24,208 bases of DNA, taken from positions 1 through 24,208 of the forward strand of contig CAZXRI010000002.1 of the NCBI GenBank assembly GCA_964642765.1, read 5' to 3'. Source of the stretch: an uncultured Methanosarcinales archaeon. GTDB taxonomy: Archaea > Nanobdellota > Nanobdellia > Woesearchaeales > CAZXRI01. The first letter of the stretch is position 1; the number at the start of each line of letters is the position of its first letter. Of the stretch, positions 24,094-24,208 are shown piece after piece. The notes beneath the pieces were generated by a model. It worked only from the letters and a program-made list of their open reading frames with translations. It searched no databases and was not told where the DNA came from. The translations under genes and the position numbers were made by a program.

Positions 24094-24208
24094 TTAAGCG
24101 ATGAACAAATCTCAAGGAATGAAATGACAGAGGTTTTTCATCGCCAAGATTAGAAAAAATAATTAAGCGATGAACAAATCTCAAGGAATGAAATGACAGA
24201 GGTTTTTC
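24064..24208 (+). repeat. Tandem direct repeat, 70-nt and 69-nt units plus start of a third, running off the window edge
   Basis: TTTTTCATCGCCAAGATTAGAAAAAA(A)TAATTAAGCGATGAACAAATCTCAAGGAATGAAATGACAGAGG starting at 24064 and 24134; TTTTTC again at 24203. Confidence 0.9.

Noticed and set aside
24064-24208. CRISPR or RNA gene at the right edge
   Set aside because: Units are contiguous with no spacers and derive from the coding 3' end of the adjacent gene.
1-24208. tRNA, rRNA, transposase or integrase genes
   Set aside because: None recognised by eye on either strand.

Overview
Archaeal DNA, probably DPANN (Woesearchaeota-like). This is inferred from BRE/TATA promoters, AGGTG-type Shine-Dalgarno (SD) sites, archaeal VapB/PIN and MNT-HEPN genes, and a 'KSQ|VTIFIILG' class III signal peptide. 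(1) 1-4860: unrelated toxin-antitoxin/defence cargo (four PIN genes, an RHH antitoxin, MNT-HEPN, YhcG-like nuclease, two tiny convergent ORFs) separated by six same-orientation 27-50 nt repeats. Each repeat carries an SD and start codon(s), and five include an AT-rich TATA-like end. The layout resembles an integron-like cassette array, but no attC-type hairpin or recombinase is visible in the window. (2) 4992-18142: three large Cys-rich exported proteins (1116, 651, 2220 aa). The largest ends in a putative peptidoglycan-binding segment and an SLT/GH23 lytic transglycosylase domain. An unannotated RHH gene, a TTAG-rich AT-rich spacer and a vapBC pair lie between them. (3) 18150-19260: DUF433/DUF5615 and hicB plus a truncated hicA. 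(4) 19253-24093: housekeeping and membrane genes (TrmJ, Yip1-like, MBL hydrolase, NOL1/NOP2). A ~70-bp tandem duplication runs off the right edge. All family calls come from motif recognition by eye, not database searches.
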